From Blepharisma stoltei ATCC 30299 (Eukaryota > Protista > Ciliophora): a DNA stretch of 64,000 nucleotides. This document shows positions 61,580 to 64,000 of the stretch, piece by piece (the first letter of the stretch is position 1; the number at the start of each line of letters is the position of its first letter). The position numbers were made by a program, and so were the translations under genes. Under the pieces are notes generated by a model, which worked only from the letters and a program-made list of their open reading frames with translations, was not told the DNA's origin and ran no database searches. The stretch covers positions 496,001 through 560,000 of the forward strand of contig CBFDEM010000054.1 of assembly GCA_965603825.1 (NCBI GenBank), in the 5' to 3' direction.

Positions 61580-62053
61580 TTAAAAATTAGGGTTTATTTT
61601 GGGTAAAATATACTGCAAAAAATGCTCGATATTTTCCCTAAAATGCAATAAATTGATTGTGTCTTCATTGATTGGAAACCATTGAATAAGCTCAATATCT
61701 TCTTTATCCTGGATTTCTGTTTGCTTCGCAACTTCAGCTATAAACAAAACCACTGATTTCTCAACGCTTCTACCCATTCTTGTCCGAAAATGATATTCTA
61801 CAGGTTCAATCGGGCTAGCATTCATATAGTCAGCAGTCCATCCTTTATCACTCCAGAACATAGTAGGATAATGCCCAGTTTCTTCCATTAATTCTCTCAT
61901 TGCAGCTTCAATAGGAGCTCTATCACTTCTTTCCATATGCCCTTTGGGGATGCAAAAATAGCTATGTCTCCACGTCTTAGCTAGAAGAATTTCTTTTTGC
62001 CCATTCATAATTCTCAAAGGGACTATTCCATAGCTTATTTCTTTTCTAATCAT
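61580..62053 (-). CDS. Nudix hydrolase (Ap4A hydrolase-like)
   Basis: EISYGIVP; Nudix box PKGHMERSDRAPIEAAMRELMEETG. Confidence 0.85.
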   Translation of the reverse strand: MIRKEISYGIVPLRIMNGQKEILLAKTWRHSYFCIPKGHMERSDRAPIEAAMRELMEETGHYPTMFWSDKGWTADYMNASPIEPVEYHFRTRMGRSVEKSVVLFIAEVAKQTEIQDKEDIELIQWFPINEDTINLLHFRENIEHFLQYILPKINPNF

Positions 62054-62122
62054 TATTATAACTACTTTACTTAAATAAGGTAAAAAATGTTTGGAATATG
62101 CACATGTTCGTCATATACCATT

Positions 62123-62587
62123 TTAAGTTTCAGTTTGGTTTTTCTTTATTAGTTTTTTAATTCGATTTATTGACTTTTTTATTTGGTTAGAAGCACTGTA
62201 GACTATTTCAGTTGTTGTTTGATTTGTCAGCTTTTGTGGGCTTATAGAAGCTATATCTGAACCATCAGAAATGCTTTCACTTAGTGGTGGAAGCTGCTTC
62301 TTTAAGACTTTTTTCCTCATGCTAATAGGGATTATTACATTATCATAAGTTAGCACCTCTCTTTTGGTGGGCATCGAAGTTCGTCTAAAATCATTTCTTG
62401 ACGGTAACCGTATAGGAATACTTTGAGTTGTGCTTTTAATTACATCTGAAATGTCATAAGTTTGCAATTCGGAGCGTCCCCTTATAGGCTCCAAGCTTTG
62501 CCTTAATTGTGAGCGATGGAGATTTGGAAGATAAATCTCTTCTGAAGCTCTTAAAGTTGAGTTTTTCTTTGCTCTTCTTTTTAGCAT
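62123..62587 (-). CDS. Basic uncharacterised protein
   Basis: 154-codon ORF between AT-rich spacers; no domain recognised. Confidence 0.55.
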   Translation of the reverse strand: MLKRRAKKNSTLRASEEIYLPNLHRSQLRQSLEPIRGRSELQTYDISDVIKSTTQSIPIRLPSRNDFRRTSMPTKREVLTYDNVIIPISMRKKVLKKQLPPLSESISDGSDIASISPQKLTNQTTTEIVYSASNQIKKSINRIKKLIKKNQTET

Positions 62588-63227
62588 ATTATATTAATTT
62601 TGAGACATTTAATGAGAAAATTAAAATTTAGAATTATTTGGAAATATAGTATAATTTAAGGTTTAAATTTATATAAAATTATTTGAATCTCATTGTGTTT
62701 CACTGGAAAATTCCATATTTTTATTAGATATAAGACACAAAGCATTTTATAATCTGTAGAGCCTTTTGCTCACAGCATTTATTTACTAGTAGTTTTTTTG
62801 CAAAGCTAGAATAGCATATGTGAAAAAATTGCAAAAAAAAGAGCTGTGTAAAGTAGTGAAATTTAATAGCATAAGATCCAATAATTATCAACTTAATGTT
62901 ATTACCCTTCAGCAAAATTCCTTGGCCACTATTTTTAGTACCTTGGATACTATAAATTTAGCATCAAATTTCAAATCTTTACAAATATAATTTCTCAAAA
63001 AAATTATTTATGGTAAAAAATAAGTCATTATTTCCTTTATTTTCCATGAGTTTTTAAGAAGAAATTTTGAATATTTACACAGTAATATCATAATAAGGCA
63101 AAAAATATTGATTAAGCTGATTTAAGCTATTTATATACTTAACAATTTTTTTTCAAAATGGATTAGGAAGGTTGAAAACGGATCAGTTTTGATTAAATAC
63201 TTGAGAAAATACATTAATATAATAAGT

Positions 63228-64000
63228 ATGATTATTCAAATTTTTAGCCTCTGATTAGCTGCTGCACGTGCTGAAACTTCTGACATAAAAAATGATTTTT
63301 CACTAGATCTTTGCTTTTCTTTGGAAAATGACTCGTCAAGCCCTAATTCTAAAGGTAAAAACCCTCAAGTAGCAACATGCATTTTTTTGTATTATTTATT
63401 TGAGTGTAGACCTATGGAAAGCATTGAAAATAATGAAAATTGTAAAATTGCCTTGGATGTTTATGAAGAATATTCTGATCCGTGAACTGATAAAAATGGA
63501 TGGGTAGTAGAATTTGCATCTGAAATGCTAAATCAAAGAAGAAGTGATCCTAATGAATTTGAGCCCAGAGGGCCACCTCCTTCTAATAAAGATAATTCTC
63601 AATCAGATAGCTCTGACAAAGACTATTTAAGTGCAGTTAGTGTTGCAATTTTAATATGCTTTGGGATAGGATTTTTGCTACTCGTTTTTATGTAATTTCA
63701 AAGCAGGATTATTATTGTTTGTGTATATTTGCAAGTCAAAAAGAGACGAAGATTAAGGATGCTAAGAATCAGGGACATAGGGCATAATCACTCTGAAGAA
63801 AATCAACTAAATATAAAAGTCGTCACCAAAGATATGATTGAAAAAATCATGCCTGTAGAAGTTTACAATGGTAAAAGCAAGATAATAGGCGAATCTGTAT
63901 GCACAATCTGTTTGATGGAGATAGTGTGGAGTAATCTAATAAGGATTACACCATGCCTTCACCCTTATCACCAAGATTGCATCGATGAATGGCTTATTTC
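63228..64000 (+). CDS. Transmembrane RING-H2 E3 ligase (3' end beyond window; absent from ORF track)
   Basis: Signal peptide MIIQIFSL(W)LAAARA; TM split by intron 63692-63706; CTICL...PCLHPYHQDCIDEWL. Confidence 0.85.

Noticed and set aside
62724-62915. 63-aa ORF in the AT-rich spacer
   Set aside because: Non-ATG start, intergenic composition, no motifs.
1-64000. Reading the many short ORFs as pseudogene fragments or a prokaryotic operon
   Set aside because: The fragments are co-frame and joined by TGA=Trp or micro-introns, and the genes are eukaryote-specific (ORC5, ESCRT-III, RPB1, ferlin).
1-64000. UGA as selenocysteine or cysteine
   Set aside because: TGA falls at conserved Trp positions, not Cys positions, and no selenoprotein family is present.

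Overview
Gene-dense, AT-rich eukaryotic nuclear DNA, not prokaryotic. Two signatures run through the window. First, in-frame TGA sits at conserved Trp positions while genes end in TAA/TAG. Second, the introns are GT-AG, only 15-16 nt long, and have an invariant A six bases from the 3' end. That combination is established for the macronuclear genome of the heterotrich ciliate Blepharisma, which I infer as the source. Re-reading with TGA=Trp and removing 22 micro-introns collapses the fragmented ORF track into about 39 genes. These include CLEC16A-like, ORC5, a PKD2-like channel, a TBC Rab-GAP, FYVE, CHMP5, DENN, patatin-like, PDE, ELMO, FBXO9, RPB1, ferlin, NadD, TM9SF, AK6, a RAP-domain protein, Ulp1-like, leishmanolysin, RBM5/10-like, an SLC25 carrier, a USP with about 13 RanBP2 fingers, ARL3, a channel-adenylyl-cyclase, EB1, Nudix and RING-H2. 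Most notable: (i) a free-standing small ORF with a perfect Pol II CTD heptad 28 nt behind RPB1; (ii) four intact genes with substituted catalytic residues (patatin, PDE, Ulp1, cyclase); (iii) a candidate Treslin/Sld3 homolog; (iv) a frame break in the RBM5-like gene not explained by a 15/16-nt intron; (v) near-zero intergenic spacers; (vi) a degenerate hammerhead-like motif. No rRNA, tRNA, CRISPR, telomere or transposase was recognised. All calls come from manual translation and motif recognition; no database was searched.
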